DNA of 64,000 nt from Candidatus Kaiserbacteria bacterium (GCA_023264445.1 JAHFMN010000003.1:18421-82420), one strand, 5' to 3'; positions 9,286 to 19,372 are shown, numbered from the stretch's first letter. Numbers and translations are program-made. Notes: generated by a model from the sequence alone, not told the origin.

Positions 9286-10253
9286 ATCGCTTCTCGTTTC
9301 CGCGCGACCCAGAAAATCCCGTTACCGGGCAACGCGAATGTCAGTATAAGGAAATTGAGGGGTTTGTATATCACGTAGCGCTTCAAGAGGGTCAATATCC
9401 GGTATAACCCGAGAAGGGCCTTTTTCGTTACCGTGTTCCCTTGCCTATCGATGAGCCGGTTCAGGCGGCTGCGGACGCCGAAACAGAGCGTCGGGGCAGC
9501 ATAGAGGGGGATGGTGCCGATAGAGAGGATGTCGAAACCAGAGCTCTCAAGCAGCCGCGTGAGCGCCGGCACGGTGAAATAATTGAGGTGCTCCGGCGGG
9601 ATGAGGTGATACCACTTCCTTCCGCGAAGCCGCGCGTATACGCCGCCGAAATTCGGCACGCTCCCGACATAGAGGCCGCCCGGGACGAGTCTATGCGCGA
9701 CTTCGCCCACATGCTCTCGCGGCTCCCGCACATGCTCAAGTGTCATGATTTCAGTTATGACGTCGAAATCATGAACGGCAACGTCCTCAATAGTTCCGGT
9801 CGTGATATCTACTCCTAAATGCTTCGCTCCGATGCGCTTGGCATCCGCATCCATATCCACGCCGTGCGCATCGAATCCGCACAGTTTTGCGGCATAGCAC
9901 ATGAATCCGTGGCCGCAACCGACGTCAAGAAGCCGCTTCTGGCCCGATGAACGGTACGGTTCTATAAGGGAAAGCAGAGTGAGGTTATCTTCTATGACGC
10001 TCTTGTTCGTATCGATGAAATCCTTCGCATCTCCGTGCTCATAGATATTTGATTTTGTCCTGCTCTCGCGATTCGCAGAGTAAAACTCAGCGAGTGCCGC
10101 GGCAGAAGGTAGAGGAGATACGGTCGCGAAGCCGCATGAGGCGCAGGTGATGAGGTCGTATTGCTGATTGTCGATTCCCGTAATCCCTTCGTAGGTCAGC
10201 CTGAAGTCGCCCCCAGAACACACAGGACAGACCATGGGATAGGTCCGGCTCAT
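9282..10253 (-). CDS. SAM-dependent methyltransferase with N-terminal Zn-ribbon (TylCIII-like sugar C-methyltransferase family)
   Basis: MSRTYPMVCPVCSGG...CASCGF then LLDVGCGHGF SAM motif. The long 5' ORF extension overlaps the upstream gene, so the start was set at 10253, 8 nt after the upstream stop. Confidence 0.7.
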   Translation of the reverse strand: MSRTYPMVCPVCSGGDFRLTYEGITGIDNQQYDLITCASCGFATVSPLPSAAALAEFYSANRESRTKSNIYEHGDAKDFIDTNKSVIEDNLTLLSLIEPYRSSGQKRLLDVGCGHGFMCYAAKLCGFDAHGVDMDADAKRIGAKHLGVDITTGTIEDVAVHDFDVITEIMTLEHVREPREHVGEVAHRLVPGGLYVGSVPNFGGVYARLRGRKWYHLIPPEHLNYFTVPALTRLLESSGFDILSIGTIPLYAAPTLCFGVRSRLNRLIDRQGNTVTKKALLGLYRILTLLKRYVIYKPLNFLILTFALPGNGIFWVARKREAI

Positions 10254-10260
10254 CGCGAAG

Positions 10261-11514
10261 CTAGCGCTTGCAGGCGCGAAGCGCCAAGTCTGCCTGGCGC
10301 ACGGCATTCTTCCGCAGGTGCGGAAGCTTCTTTTCAATAGTCGCAATGACGTTCTCCCGGTCATCCACGATCGCATCGAAATTCTTGCTAAGCGATTCTT
10401 TCGTCCAAAACTCCGGTTCAATGAGATAGCCCCCGAGCCAAATCTCATCAAATGCGGGCCGGACGTGCCAGCTCCCGCCAAGCGGCAACACGGGAACCTT
10501 GTGCACGGCGGCAAAAATAGCGGAGTGGCGGCGATTCGATACATGCGCCCAGAGCTTCGGGAAAATCGAGAGGATAGCGTTCAGCTTCACGCGATCCTCC
10601 AAGCAGTGGAAGGCGTTCTTATGCTTCATCCGCTTGCGTATGTCGTGAGCGATCGGACGATCATCTTCCATCGCGTGGTCGATGTCGTAGGTGCAGTTCG
10701 GTATGGAGAGGATGACTGCGTCATGTGTTTCAATGATGTGGTCGCAGAATGCCGCAAGTTCATCCGCTGTTGTTCCCCAGAAGCGTTCGCTCCACTGCCA
10801 ATAATTGTGGCGGATATTGAATCCGATGACGCGCTTCCCTTTCGGCAGCTGTGCAAAAAACTTTTTGGCCGCTGGAGACATATCCTTCAGCGGGACTGGA
10901 TTCAGCGCCCATGCGGTATCGGAGACGACAACGCAATTGTCAGTCCTGATGCCAAGCTCATGGAGCCGCGTAAGCGAGAAATCTTCCCGAAGCGTGACGA
11001 GTGCCGCATTTTCAATGCAATATTTCGTCACCTCCTTTGCATACGATGAAATGAGCTTCGAACCCATATGGATGGAGTACAGCATGACCGGCGTGCCGAC
11101 GAACTTAGCATGCGTAATGAGGAGCGCGGCATAGGAAGCAAGGCCGCGATTGAAGGAAAGCGTTATCTCCTGGAACGGATCGCCGCCGATGATGAGGAGA
11201 TCCGATTCGCGGATAATGGCGTCGAGTGCGTGCAGATGGCCGGTCGGGTCGTTCTTATTGAGCCCGTTGAACCATCTCCCTTCAGAGGCGGCTTTCGTCT
11301 CGTGCTCGAGCCCGACGACGACTCGGTCGCATCCATATTCTTTTGCGAGCCGCTCGTTCTTATGGCGGGCGACCCAGGTGATGTGGCAGTTCGGCTCGCG
11401 AACGCGCAGTTCGCGGATGAGCACCGAAAGCAGCGTCTCATCTCCGGCATTCTCAATGCCGTACACGCTCGTGCCGACGATAGTTATCTTTTTCCGCTTC
11501 TTGGAGGTAGCCAT
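10261..11514 (-). CDS. Polysaccharide pyruvyl transferase (CsaB/WcaK family)
   Basis: 417 aa; N-terminal GTSVYGIENAGDE motif and overall PS_pyruv_trans-like architecture. Confidence 0.65.
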   Translation of the reverse strand: MATSKKRKKITIVGTSVYGIENAGDETLLSVLIRELRVREPNCHITWVARHKNERLAKEYGCDRVVVGLEHETKAASEGRWFNGLNKNDPTGHLHALDAIIRESDLLIIGGDPFQEITLSFNRGLASYAALLITHAKFVGTPVMLYSIHMGSKLISSYAKEVTKYCIENAALVTLREDFSLTRLHELGIRTDNCVVVSDTAWALNPVPLKDMSPAAKKFFAQLPKGKRVIGFNIRHNYWQWSERFWGTTADELAAFCDHIIETHDAVILSIPNCTYDIDHAMEDDRPIAHDIRKRMKHKNAFHCLEDRVKLNAILSIFPKLWAHVSNRRHSAIFAAVHKVPVLPLGGSWHVRPAFDEIWLGGYLIEPEFWTKESLSKNFDAIVDDRENVIATIEKKLPHLRKNAVRQADLALRACKR

Positions 11515-11535
11515 AAATAAGAGGGTGCCGGCTGC

Positions 11536-12786
11536 TTAATGCTTCATAAGCAGATCACGTACAGCGTCGGTAGCATACGCGCATTTTCCTTCCTGCACAA
11601 GCGCACTCCGATGAACGTGTTCCGCATCCCACCCGGCGAATGCATCCGCGAGATGGGTGAGCGATGTATCCGAAAAAAGGCGATCGAATGATTTCTCATC
11701 TACGAACTCTTTCGGCGCCATGCCCAAGCTCCGATACACCTTGCCGACATGATCCTTCTCGCCGAAGAGATAGAAAGGAACCTTGAGGAGAGCCGCATAA
11801 ATGCCGCTGTGCCGTCTGTTAGACACGACATATTTTGCGTGTCTGATGCAGTAGAGAAGCTCCTCGCTTGAGAGATAGAAATCGATCGGCACGATGCTTT
11901 CCTTTTTCTCACAATGCTCGTATATCTCGTGCTGGAAGTTGATGTCGCTCTCCCAATAGTCATCCAGTTCGTATGCGCAGTGAGGAACGAGAAGGACCTT
12001 GCATCCGTAGTGTGCGGCAAGCCGATCCGCGTATGCGGCAAATTGCGCGGCATATGTTTTGGAAGTGGCGTCATTCCAGAGCCAGTAATACCCGCGCACG
12101 GTGAGTGCGATGTACTCACCGGAGGAAAGGCGGGAAAATACCTCCGAAAGTTTCTTCGACTCTATGGGCTTCGCATGCCGCAGAAGGGCGAACCCGCTAT
12201 CCGCAGAAGAAACTACCTTCTCCGATGCTGTCCCGTACGTCTGTATGAGTTCGTCTTTCGTATCGTCCTCGCGCGTCGTTATGACGTCGGCATTGTCCAG
12301 GCAGAATTTCGTGAGCGCAATGCCGTATTCGGACGTCGGTCGGCGGCCGAGATGGATGCCGAAGAGGATGACTTTCTTCTGCAGGTATTTCGCGAGCGTA
12401 ATGAGATTCGCCGTATATGGCAATATCCCGCGAAAGGGCTCCGACGCCATATTGGTATTGGAATCGTCAAATGGGTCCCCGCCGATCATGAGCGCATCGG
12501 AACTTGCGATTTCCTCCCGAATAATCCGCAGATGCTCCGTAGAATCACCGGCATTAAATCCGTGGAATCGCTTGCCGGCGCTTTCCGCTTTTGACGGGAA
12601 GTCCAGATTCCGAACGCTGCGGACGCCAAATTGCGCCTCCACCTCTTTCCCTGGATGGCGGCAGATGAGTGTGACATCAAGATGAGGCATAGCTTCTCGC
12701 ATCCCGCCAAGAAATGATTGGAGCATGGAATCATCGCTTATATTCTTGAGGCCGTAAACGCTTGCGCCCGCTATGGATAATTTCAT
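11536..12786 (-). CDS. Polysaccharide pyruvyl transferase (CsaB/WcaK family), tandem paralog
   Basis: 416 aa; GASVYGLKNISDD and IGGDPFDD motifs collinear with the preceding gene. Confidence 0.65.
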   Translation of the reverse strand: MKLSIAGASVYGLKNISDDSMLQSFLGGMREAMPHLDVTLICRHPGKEVEAQFGVRSVRNLDFPSKAESAGKRFHGFNAGDSTEHLRIIREEIASSDALMIGGDPFDDSNTNMASEPFRGILPYTANLITLAKYLQKKVILFGIHLGRRPTSEYGIALTKFCLDNADVITTREDDTKDELIQTYGTASEKVVSSADSGFALLRHAKPIESKKLSEVFSRLSSGEYIALTVRGYYWLWNDATSKTYAAQFAAYADRLAAHYGCKVLLVPHCAYELDDYWESDINFQHEIYEHCEKKESIVPIDFYLSSEELLYCIRHAKYVVSNRRHSGIYAALLKVPFYLFGEKDHVGKVYRSLGMAPKEFVDEKSFDRLFSDTSLTHLADAFAGWDAEHVHRSALVQEGKCAYATDAVRDLLMKH

Positions 12787-12792
12787 GGAGAG

Positions 12793-13941
12793 TTAGTTTG
12801 GAAAATGGAATTGAAAAATCTCTTCGCCACGAATCTGGAGCGGCATCTTCTCTTTGAGGTCTTCGCCAGCGCGCTTCCCCACCACTTCCGCATACTGAAG
12901 GGCCGAGACGCCGATATCCGGGCGTAGCAGTGATAACGATTCTGCGGTCAGAATAGTTCCCTTCGCTACGGGCGCGCGCAGATACACTCCGCGCCGCGCC
13001 CACTGGCGCTCGTCCGCTTCCCGCATGATATATGAACCTTCGACACCAGGGTGCGTGACGGTCGTGCCATGAGGCGCGGGACGCTTGATGCCATCCCCTA
13101 GTGCCTTATCGAAATCCTCCACGAACTCCTTGCGGAGCTCCTTAAGAACAACTTCTTTATCCGAGCGAGCATCGATGGCGTGAATCCTTCGTACCATATC
13201 TGCGAACTCTTCGACCGACATGGAGAAAACGTCATCAATCGAGCCGCGCGCTTTCTTTGAAGTAACGTGCTTTTCGATGACGGACGCGCCCATCGCCACC
13301 GCCATAAGCGGCACCAGTACGCCGCGTGAGCCATTGTCGGAATATCCGGCGAGCACATCGAATTCTGCAGCAAACGTCTGCATCGCTCGTACATTCGCGT
13401 CTTCAAAACTCGTCGGATAGACCGATACGCATTGCAGAAGCACGATATCCTTCGCGCCATGTGCGCGGAGCGTTTCCATCGCCATACGCACTTCTTCCAT
13501 GGTAGCCATACCGGTCGACATGATGATCGGTTTGCCGAAACTCGCGGCACGCTCCAAAAGAGGCAGATTCGTAAGCTCCCCAGAGGCTATCTTGACCGCC
13601 GGCACGCCGACACTATCCAGAAACGATGCTCCATCGACATCAAATGGCGTGCAAAGCAGGTCGATGCCTCGCTCGTCGCAAAGTGCCTTCAGCTTCGGAT
13701 ACCACTCCCGCGGCGTCTCCGTAGTCTTGAAATAGTCATAGGTTCCCTTGAGGCCGGGCGTGAGCGGCACGAGCAGTTTGTCGGCTTCAAAGAGCTGGAA
13801 CTTAACCGCGTCAGCGCCTGCGTCCGCCGCCTGGGCGACATACGACTGCGCCATTTCCCAATCATTGCCATGCGTACTCGCGACCTCAAAGATGATATAG
13901 GTCGGTCGTCCGGGTCCGAGCTCTCTGGTGCCTAGGTGCAT
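12793..13941 (-). CDS. neuB: N-acylneuraminate-type nonulosonic acid synthase (NeuB/PseI/LegI family) with C-terminal SAF domain
   Basis: TYIIFEVASTHGNDWEMAQ...KFQLF...IMSTGMAT...VLLQCVSVYPT plus C-terminal SAF (GVYLRAPVAKGTILT). Start set at MHLGTRE (13941), 17 nt after the upstream stop. Confidence 0.85.
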   Translation of the reverse strand: MHLGTRELGPGRPTYIIFEVASTHGNDWEMAQSYVAQAADAGADAVKFQLFEADKLLVPLTPGLKGTYDYFKTTETPREWYPKLKALCDERGIDLLCTPFDVDGASFLDSVGVPAVKIASGELTNLPLLERAASFGKPIIMSTGMATMEEVRMAMETLRAHGAKDIVLLQCVSVYPTSFEDANVRAMQTFAAEFDVLAGYSDNGSRGVLVPLMAVAMGASVIEKHVTSKKARGSIDDVFSMSVEEFADMVRRIHAIDARSDKEVVLKELRKEFVEDFDKALGDGIKRPAPHGTTVTHPGVEGSYIMREADERQWARRGVYLRAPVAKGTILTAESLSLLRPDIGVSALQYAEVVGKRAGEDLKEKMPLQIRGEEIFQFHFPN

Positions 13942-13957
13942 ATGCGATACCACAATC

Positions 13958-14575
13958 TTATGCCGCGCGCTCCTGTTTGTCGTGCGCCGCCGCAGAATGA
14001 TAGGTGCCTGACTTGATGGCCTCGATGCCGCGCGCCTCGGCCGCAAGACGCTCTTGATACGCTCCAGTCTGTTTGACTGCATCAAATGTTTTCTGGAAAT
14101 CAGGATTATTCTCGACAAGCACCGACTCCGCAGAGATAAACTCCGGCTGTACGGCTGGCTTCACGACATGCTCGCAGAACGTGCGCAATCGCGGGATGTG
14201 ATACTCGTTTGCGACGATGAGCACGCGCGACCATCCTTCCTTCATTGCAAGCGCAAGCGATTCCTCAAGCTGGGTTCGGCTTGTTTCCGATTTTTCCTCA
14301 AGCACGATGCTCTCGCGTGCGACGCCAAGCCCGATGAGCTCGTCTGCCGCAATGCGTGCGTGCGTCGGGAGCTCGTTTCCGCGCCTTGATGTCGTAACAA
14401 TGACGGCATCCGGGAATCGCCTTGCGAGAATCGCTGCTGCCTTGATTCGTGCGTGGCCGCCAAGCGTTCCGAACGCATCTCGATCTTCGTAGGAGGTTGA
14501 ATGCCACGCTCCGGCGCGAAGTACGGAACCGGATGTGGGGATGATGATTGCGTCGGGAATCATGACTGTTTCCAT
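13958..14575 (-). CDS. DUF218 (YdcF/SanA/ElyC family) protein
   Basis: 205 aa; IIIPTSGS...VTTSRRG...EEKSETSRTQLEES...IVANEYHIPR matches the DUF218 pattern. Confidence 0.55.
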   Translation of the reverse strand: METVMIPDAIIIPTSGSVLRAGAWHSTSYEDRDAFGTLGGHARIKAAAILARRFPDAVIVTTSRRGNELPTHARIAADELIGLGVARESIVLEEKSETSRTQLEESLALAMKEGWSRVLIVANEYHIPRLRTFCEHVVKPAVQPEFISAESVLVENNPDFQKTFDAVKQTGAYQERLAAEARGIEAIKSGTYHSAAAHDKQERAA

Positions 14576-16224
14576 AACATTGGATTCACTATCTCACGGC
14601 CGATGCCCTGAAGGCGAGCTCTGATTGCTTCAATGAAACCGTCGGGGACGCTTGCACGCGCAGATGCAAGATTCCCTTCAAGCTGTGCGAGCGTCTTTAC
14701 GCCAAATACGACACGCGCGACCGAAGTAGCATGTAATGAGAAAAGGAGCGCCGCCTCCATCTGCGAGAGATTGAACTCTCGTGCAATGCGTATGAATTCT
14801 TCAAGATACGGCCGTGCGCCCGCGATGTTTGCCGGCAATTGTTCGGGACTCATGAGCAATACGCCCTGTAGAAAAGGGCTCCGCGCAAACACAGTCGTTC
14901 CCTGCTCTTTTGCCTTTGGCCAGAAATCAGTCGCGTCTAAGCGCTGGTCAAATGCGTTGTACGGCACTTCCACGCAATCGAGGCCCTGGCGCACTGCTTC
15001 AAGCGCTTCGTCCTCGTCATATACGGAGACGCCGATCCGCTCAGCAAGGCCATCTTGCTTGATAGCGCGCAGGGCATGAAGCGCATCCTCTCGAAAAACA
15101 TACCGGGAGTTGTTGAGCAGGTAGCAGGAGAGCCGATTAAGCTTGAGCCGGCGCAAGGTCTGCTCTACATCGGCCCGTATGATTGTGGCGGCATCTACTT
15201 CTCCAGCGTGCTCACCAAGCGTGCGGGGTCCGAGTTTGGAAAGTACGCTGATTTCCCCAGCGACATTGCATGTACTCACCCATTCTCCGAGAATATCCAC
15301 TGCATTCCCGTAATCACCCGCTGTATCGAAGGTAGTGATGCCTGCGGCATATGCAGCATCCAGAATGGCGAAAGATTCTTCTTTTGTCGGCTGACCGACG
15401 TCATCTAGTCCATACGTCTTTCCGAGCTGAACGGTCCCGAGCGTTAATCTCTTCATGAGACCTTTCCAGACTTCGTCTTTTTTCTTCGTCTTCGCGAGGC
15501 CTTCGTATCCGGTCCCTCCTTTATTTATTTCCAGAAGTCCCGGCTTACGCGCAAGAAGTGCAAGGATATCGTCTTTGCCGAAGACAGGGTTTGCCGGGTA
15601 TAGCTCCTCAAATATCTTCGTCGCAAATTCGAAATCTTGCTCCGTGTCCACCGACCAATGCATCGCTGAATCATCACGTTCGCCCACCGTCCATGGCAGT
15701 CCATGGAATCGCTCTGGACGGTTCTTGAAATACTGCGCGAGATGCTCGCGCTCGGAGGGCAGCCGCCCGTTCTGCGCCGCTTCCTCAAGCGCGGAGAACG
15801 CAAAGATATCGGTATCAAGCCCTTCGGGATAATTCGCTGGCGTACCTGCATACGCGAGCGGATCGTGTGCATCGATAAAATGCCGCGTCGCCTCGTCAAT
15901 CACGGATGGGTCGTGAAGAACGCAATCTCCCGTGAGGCAGACTACGACATCCGCATCTATCTCTTTCGCCGCACGGTACACGCGATCAAGCACATCGTCC
16001 TCGCTTCCGCGGAAAACGCCGACACCAGTACGGGTAGCAAGCTCGGCGACTGCATCGTCTCTTGATTTTTCTGATGTCGCCACGATGATATGGTCAATTT
16101 CTTTTGCACGCTTCACGCGCTCGAGCATGCGCGCAAGCATCGGCTCTCCAAGAATCGGCTTCAGCACCTTGCCCGGCAACCGCGTCGAGCCCGTCCGTGC
16201 CTGGATGATTGCAACGGCCTTCAT
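14560..16224 (-). CDS. CMP-nonulosonic acid synthetase-like cytidylyltransferase (PseF/LegF/SpsF family) fused to an aldo/keto reductase domain
   Basis: N-terminus MKAVAIIQARTGSTRLPGKVLKPI (CTP_transf_3). C-terminal ~300 aa has AKR features (GITTFDTAGDYGNA...). Confidence 0.75.
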   Translation of the reverse strand: MKAVAIIQARTGSTRLPGKVLKPILGEPMLARMLERVKRAKEIDHIIVATSEKSRDDAVAELATRTGVGVFRGSEDDVLDRVYRAAKEIDADVVVCLTGDCVLHDPSVIDEATRHFIDAHDPLAYAGTPANYPEGLDTDIFAFSALEEAAQNGRLPSEREHLAQYFKNRPERFHGLPWTVGERDDSAMHWSVDTEQDFEFATKIFEELYPANPVFGKDDILALLARKPGLLEINKGGTGYEGLAKTKKKDEVWKGLMKRLTLGTVQLGKTYGLDDVGQPTKEESFAILDAAYAAGITTFDTAGDYGNAVDILGEWVSTCNVAGEISVLSKLGPRTLGEHAGEVDAATIIRADVEQTLRRLKLNRLSCYLLNNSRYVFREDALHALRAIKQDGLAERIGVSVYDEDEALEAVRQGLDCVEVPYNAFDQRLDATDFWPKAKEQGTTVFARSPFLQGVLLMSPEQLPANIAGARPYLEEFIRIAREFNLSQMEAALLFSLHATSVARVVFGVKTLAQLEGNLASARASVPDGFIEAIRARLQGIGREIVNPMLWKQS

Positions 16225-16227
16225 ACA

Positions 16228-17544
16228 TCAATTCAAGCGCTGGAATCCTGTGTGGGCGACGGGACCCTTCAGCCGCTTCATGACATCACCACGCTTGACT
16301 GCTTCTGCGATGATCTTGAACACTGCATCGACTGCATGAAGATAATTTTTGATGTGTACGGTAGTGTGCGCGGCACTTGCGAAGTAGAGATTGCTTGCGA
16401 GAAATCCGCGCTCCAGCATTTCTTGCACGAAGAGCGTCTTGAGCGCTTGTGCGTTCGGATGATTGAAAGAGAAACTGGCGATCGGCATGACACCGCCCAT
16501 AGTAATCGAGAGTCCATGTTTGCGCGCAAGGCGCTCCCATCCAGCGCGGACAGTCTGTCCGTTTTTCGCGATGCGTTCCCATACTTTTATCTTTTTCATC
16601 TTCTTCAGGGTTGCAAGCGCGGCAACGGGTCCGATGCGTTCGGTCCAGTAGGTGCTCGAGATGAAAGAACCTTGCGCCGCCTCCATAACTTTCCGACGGC
16701 CGATGATAGCCGCCATCGGATAGCCATTGCTCATCGCTTTGCTGAAGACGGCGATATCCGGATTCACTTTATAGAGAAGATGCGAACCGCCGTAGGTGAG
16801 CTTCCAACCCACTGTTATTTCATCAAATACCAGTACGGCGCCGGTTTTGTCGGCGATACGACGTACCTTTTGAAGGAAATTGTCGCGTGGCTCCTCTCCG
16901 TGTATCGGCTCCATGATAATGGCCGCGAGATTCTTTCCATGCTTGCGCACGATGGCTTCAAGTTCCTCTATCTTGTTGTAGTGGAATGGGATGACCGTAC
17001 CGCGCAGACTTTTGGGCACGCCCTTCGGGGAAAGTCCTGCGAGCAGATGCTCCTTGAGGCCATCCTTGCGCGCGAGATTCGTCGCAAGATACCAGTCGTG
17101 CCAGCCGTGGTAGCCACAAAAGGCGATGACGTCTTTACCGGTAGAGGCGCGCGCGATGCGTTCGGCTATGGCCATCGCTTCCCCGCCAGTGCGCGCATAG
17201 CGCACCATATCCGCCCATGGATGGATTTTCGTGAGTAGCTCTGCGAGCTCTACTTCCTCCGGTGCATTCAATGTGGACATGGAACCCGCGTCCACGGCTT
17301 TCTTCACTGCCTTGTTCACGTCCGCATCAGCATAGCCGAGAATACAGCTTCCCACGCCCATAATGGACATATCGGTATATTTCTCCCCATCCAGATCCCA
17401 CACCTCGCATCCCTTCGCTTTTGAGTAATATGCCGGCCAATAATCCGGCAGGAACATCTCGGGCCGCTTTGAAAGAAGCTGCGTCCCGCCCGGGATGAGC
17501 TTTTTCGCTTTTTCGTAGAGTTTTTGTCCCGTATTCTTTTTCAT
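16228..17544 (-). CDS. Class III PLP aminotransferase (glutamate-1-semialdehyde aminomutase-like)
   Basis: GYHGWHDW, VFDEITVGWK, AVFSKAMSNGYP motifs. Start at MKKNTGQKLYEKAKKLIPGG. Confidence 0.8.
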   Translation of the reverse strand: MKKNTGQKLYEKAKKLIPGGTQLLSKRPEMFLPDYWPAYYSKAKGCEVWDLDGEKYTDMSIMGVGSCILGYADADVNKAVKKAVDAGSMSTLNAPEEVELAELLTKIHPWADMVRYARTGGEAMAIAERIARASTGKDVIAFCGYHGWHDWYLATNLARKDGLKEHLLAGLSPKGVPKSLRGTVIPFHYNKIEELEAIVRKHGKNLAAIIMEPIHGEEPRDNFLQKVRRIADKTGAVLVFDEITVGWKLTYGGSHLLYKVNPDIAVFSKAMSNGYPMAAIIGRRKVMEAAQGSFISSTYWTERIGPVAALATLKKMKKIKVWERIAKNGQTVRAGWERLARKHGLSITMGGVMPIASFSFNHPNAQALKTLFVQEMLERGFLASNLYFASAAHTTVHIKNYLHAVDAVFKIIAEAVKRGDVMKRLKGPVAHTGFQRLN

Positions 17545-17548
17545 ATCA

Positions 17549-18229
17549 TCATGCGCCGGGGCGGTAACCGCCACCGATTACTTTCTTGTAGAGCGTCGCG
17601 GCGGCGCGGAAGTCATCCCGGGTTTTCGCTGTTGCATGCTTCTTTGCATCTGCCGTATAGGTATATACCCGCTCAACGCGGATATAGTTGCCGCTTGCTT
17701 CGAAGAGTGCCCCGTAATCCGCTTTATACGTGAAGACGCCGGGGCGATAGCGATACGGATTCTTGCGGGGTTCTCGAGGCAAGAAATCGCAGATGATGAG
17801 GTAGCCGCCGTCTGTAATAGCACGGTCTATTTCAGCGACAGACTGAAGAAGCGTGTCACGCGAGACCCAATGAAAGGTGAACACCGCAAGAGCCAGGTCA
17901 AACGAAGCGTCCTTGACCGGAAGTTTCGCGGCTACGCCGCGCTTGAGTTCTATGCGAGGAAATTTTTTCTTGCCGGCAGCGACAGCAGACGCAGACGGCT
18001 CCACGCCGACATACTGCGCGCGCGGACGCGCGCGACGCATGGCTTCAAGCCGCCAGCCGTTTGCGGCCCCGACATCAAGCACGCGCTTCGGATGCAACCG
18101 GTGCTTCAGGATGAGCTTCTCAACGAGGTCGCTACGCATCTCTCGTGCTTCGGGCGTAAGCGCATCCGCATTGCGCGCGTACCATGCATCAGCTTCTTTT
18201 TTACTGAAAATGTCGTCTTGGTTTTTCAT
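17549..18229 (-). CDS. Class I SAM-dependent methyltransferase
   Basis: RVLDVGAANGW motif I, 226 aa. ATGA overlap with the upstream PseC-like gene. Confidence 0.75.
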   Translation of the reverse strand: MKNQDDIFSKKEADAWYARNADALTPEAREMRSDLVEKLILKHRLHPKRVLDVGAANGWRLEAMRRARPRAQYVGVEPSASAVAAGKKKFPRIELKRGVAAKLPVKDASFDLALAVFTFHWVSRDTLLQSVAEIDRAITDGGYLIICDFLPREPRKNPYRYRPGVFTYKADYGALFEASGNYIRVERVYTYTADAKKHATAKTRDDFRAAATLYKKVIGGGYRPGA

Positions 18230-19368
18230 GCGTTCTTGAGTGCCGTGCGAAGCGCTTCTGCCACGCGCTTCTGCTGTGCAGGCGTTATCTTTGCAAACAG
18301 AGGCAACGATATCTCGGCCACGACGAACGCTTGCGTCTTTGGGCAGAGTTTCTGCGAGTATCCGAGATCCTCATAGAGAGGATGCGTGTGGACGGGGATA
18401 TGATGCACCTGCACGCCGATCCCTTGCGACCGCAAGGAATCGAAGACTGCGCGGCGCTTTGAAGGGTCTTTGAGACGCAGCGTATAGAGGTGCCAGGCAG
18501 AGCGTTCAAAGGCACGTTCATCTAGCGGGAGTACGACGCCGGGAATATTCTTCAGGAGTGAGCCGTAGCGCTTCGCCGCCGCGCGGCGCTTGGCGATGAA
18601 AGAATCAAGGCGCTTCAGCTGGCTCTCGCCGAGCGCGGCGAGAATGTCCGGCATGCGGTAATTGAAGCCGAGCGCATGCATCTCCATATGCCATCCCCCA
18701 TCCTCATTGCGTCGTAGGTACAGCTTTTCTTTCGTAATGCCATGACTACGGAAGAGCCGGAGTGTACGGGCATATTCTGCATCATTGGTGGTCACTGCCC
18801 CGCCCTCGGCAGTCGTAATCGATTTGACCGGATGGAAACTGAAGATCGTCATGTCGGCAAGTGACCCTGTCTTTTTTCCACGATACGAAGCACCCAGACT
18901 TTGAGCGCCATCCTCGATGAGGACGAGCTTGTATTTCTTCGCGAGCGCGCGGAACTCTCGCATGTCTGCAGGCCGACCCGTGTAATCAACCGGCACGATG
19001 ACCTTCGTCTTCTTCGTTATGTTTTTGCGCACATCCGCGACGCTCATATTCCCTGTCGCTGGATCTATATCAGCAAATACGGGCTTCGCACCGAGATAGA
19101 GCGCCGCATTCGCCGTAGCGGCAAAGGTGAGCGCTGGCACGATGATTTCGTCGCCCTTTGTGATACCGGCAGAAAAATACGCCGCGTGAAGCGCCGCCGT
19201 TCCGGAATTGAACGTAACGGCGAACTTCGCGCCGACTTTTTTGGCGAGTGCTTTTTCAAAACGCTCGATAGCTGGCCCTTGCGTAAGCCAGCCAGACTTC
19301 AAGGTCTGCACGACTGCCTTCACGTCGGCTTCGTTTATGTCCTGCGTGGAGTACGGGATCATGCGCAT
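18226..19368 (-). CDS. pseC: PseC-like DegT/DnrJ/EryC1/StrS sugar aminotransferase
   Basis: MRMIPYSTQDINEADVKAVVQTLKSGWLTQGP...SFHPVKSITTAEGGAV (PLP lysine). The N-terminal IPYxxQ...LTQG signature is typical of PseC-type enzymes. Confidence 0.8.
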   Translation of the reverse strand: MRMIPYSTQDINEADVKAVVQTLKSGWLTQGPAIERFEKALAKKVGAKFAVTFNSGTAALHAAYFSAGITKGDEIIVPALTFAATANAALYLGAKPVFADIDPATGNMSVADVRKNITKKTKVIVPVDYTGRPADMREFRALAKKYKLVLIEDGAQSLGASYRGKKTGSLADMTIFSFHPVKSITTAEGGAVTTNDAEYARTLRLFRSHGITKEKLYLRRNEDGGWHMEMHALGFNYRMPDILAALGESQLKRLDSFIAKRRAAAKRYGSLLKNIPGVVLPLDERAFERSAWHLYTLRLKDPSKRRAVFDSLRSQGIGVQVHHIPVHTHPLYEDLGYSQKLCPKTQAFVVAEISLPLFAKITPAQQKRVAEALRTALKNA

Positions 19369-19372
19369 AAGA

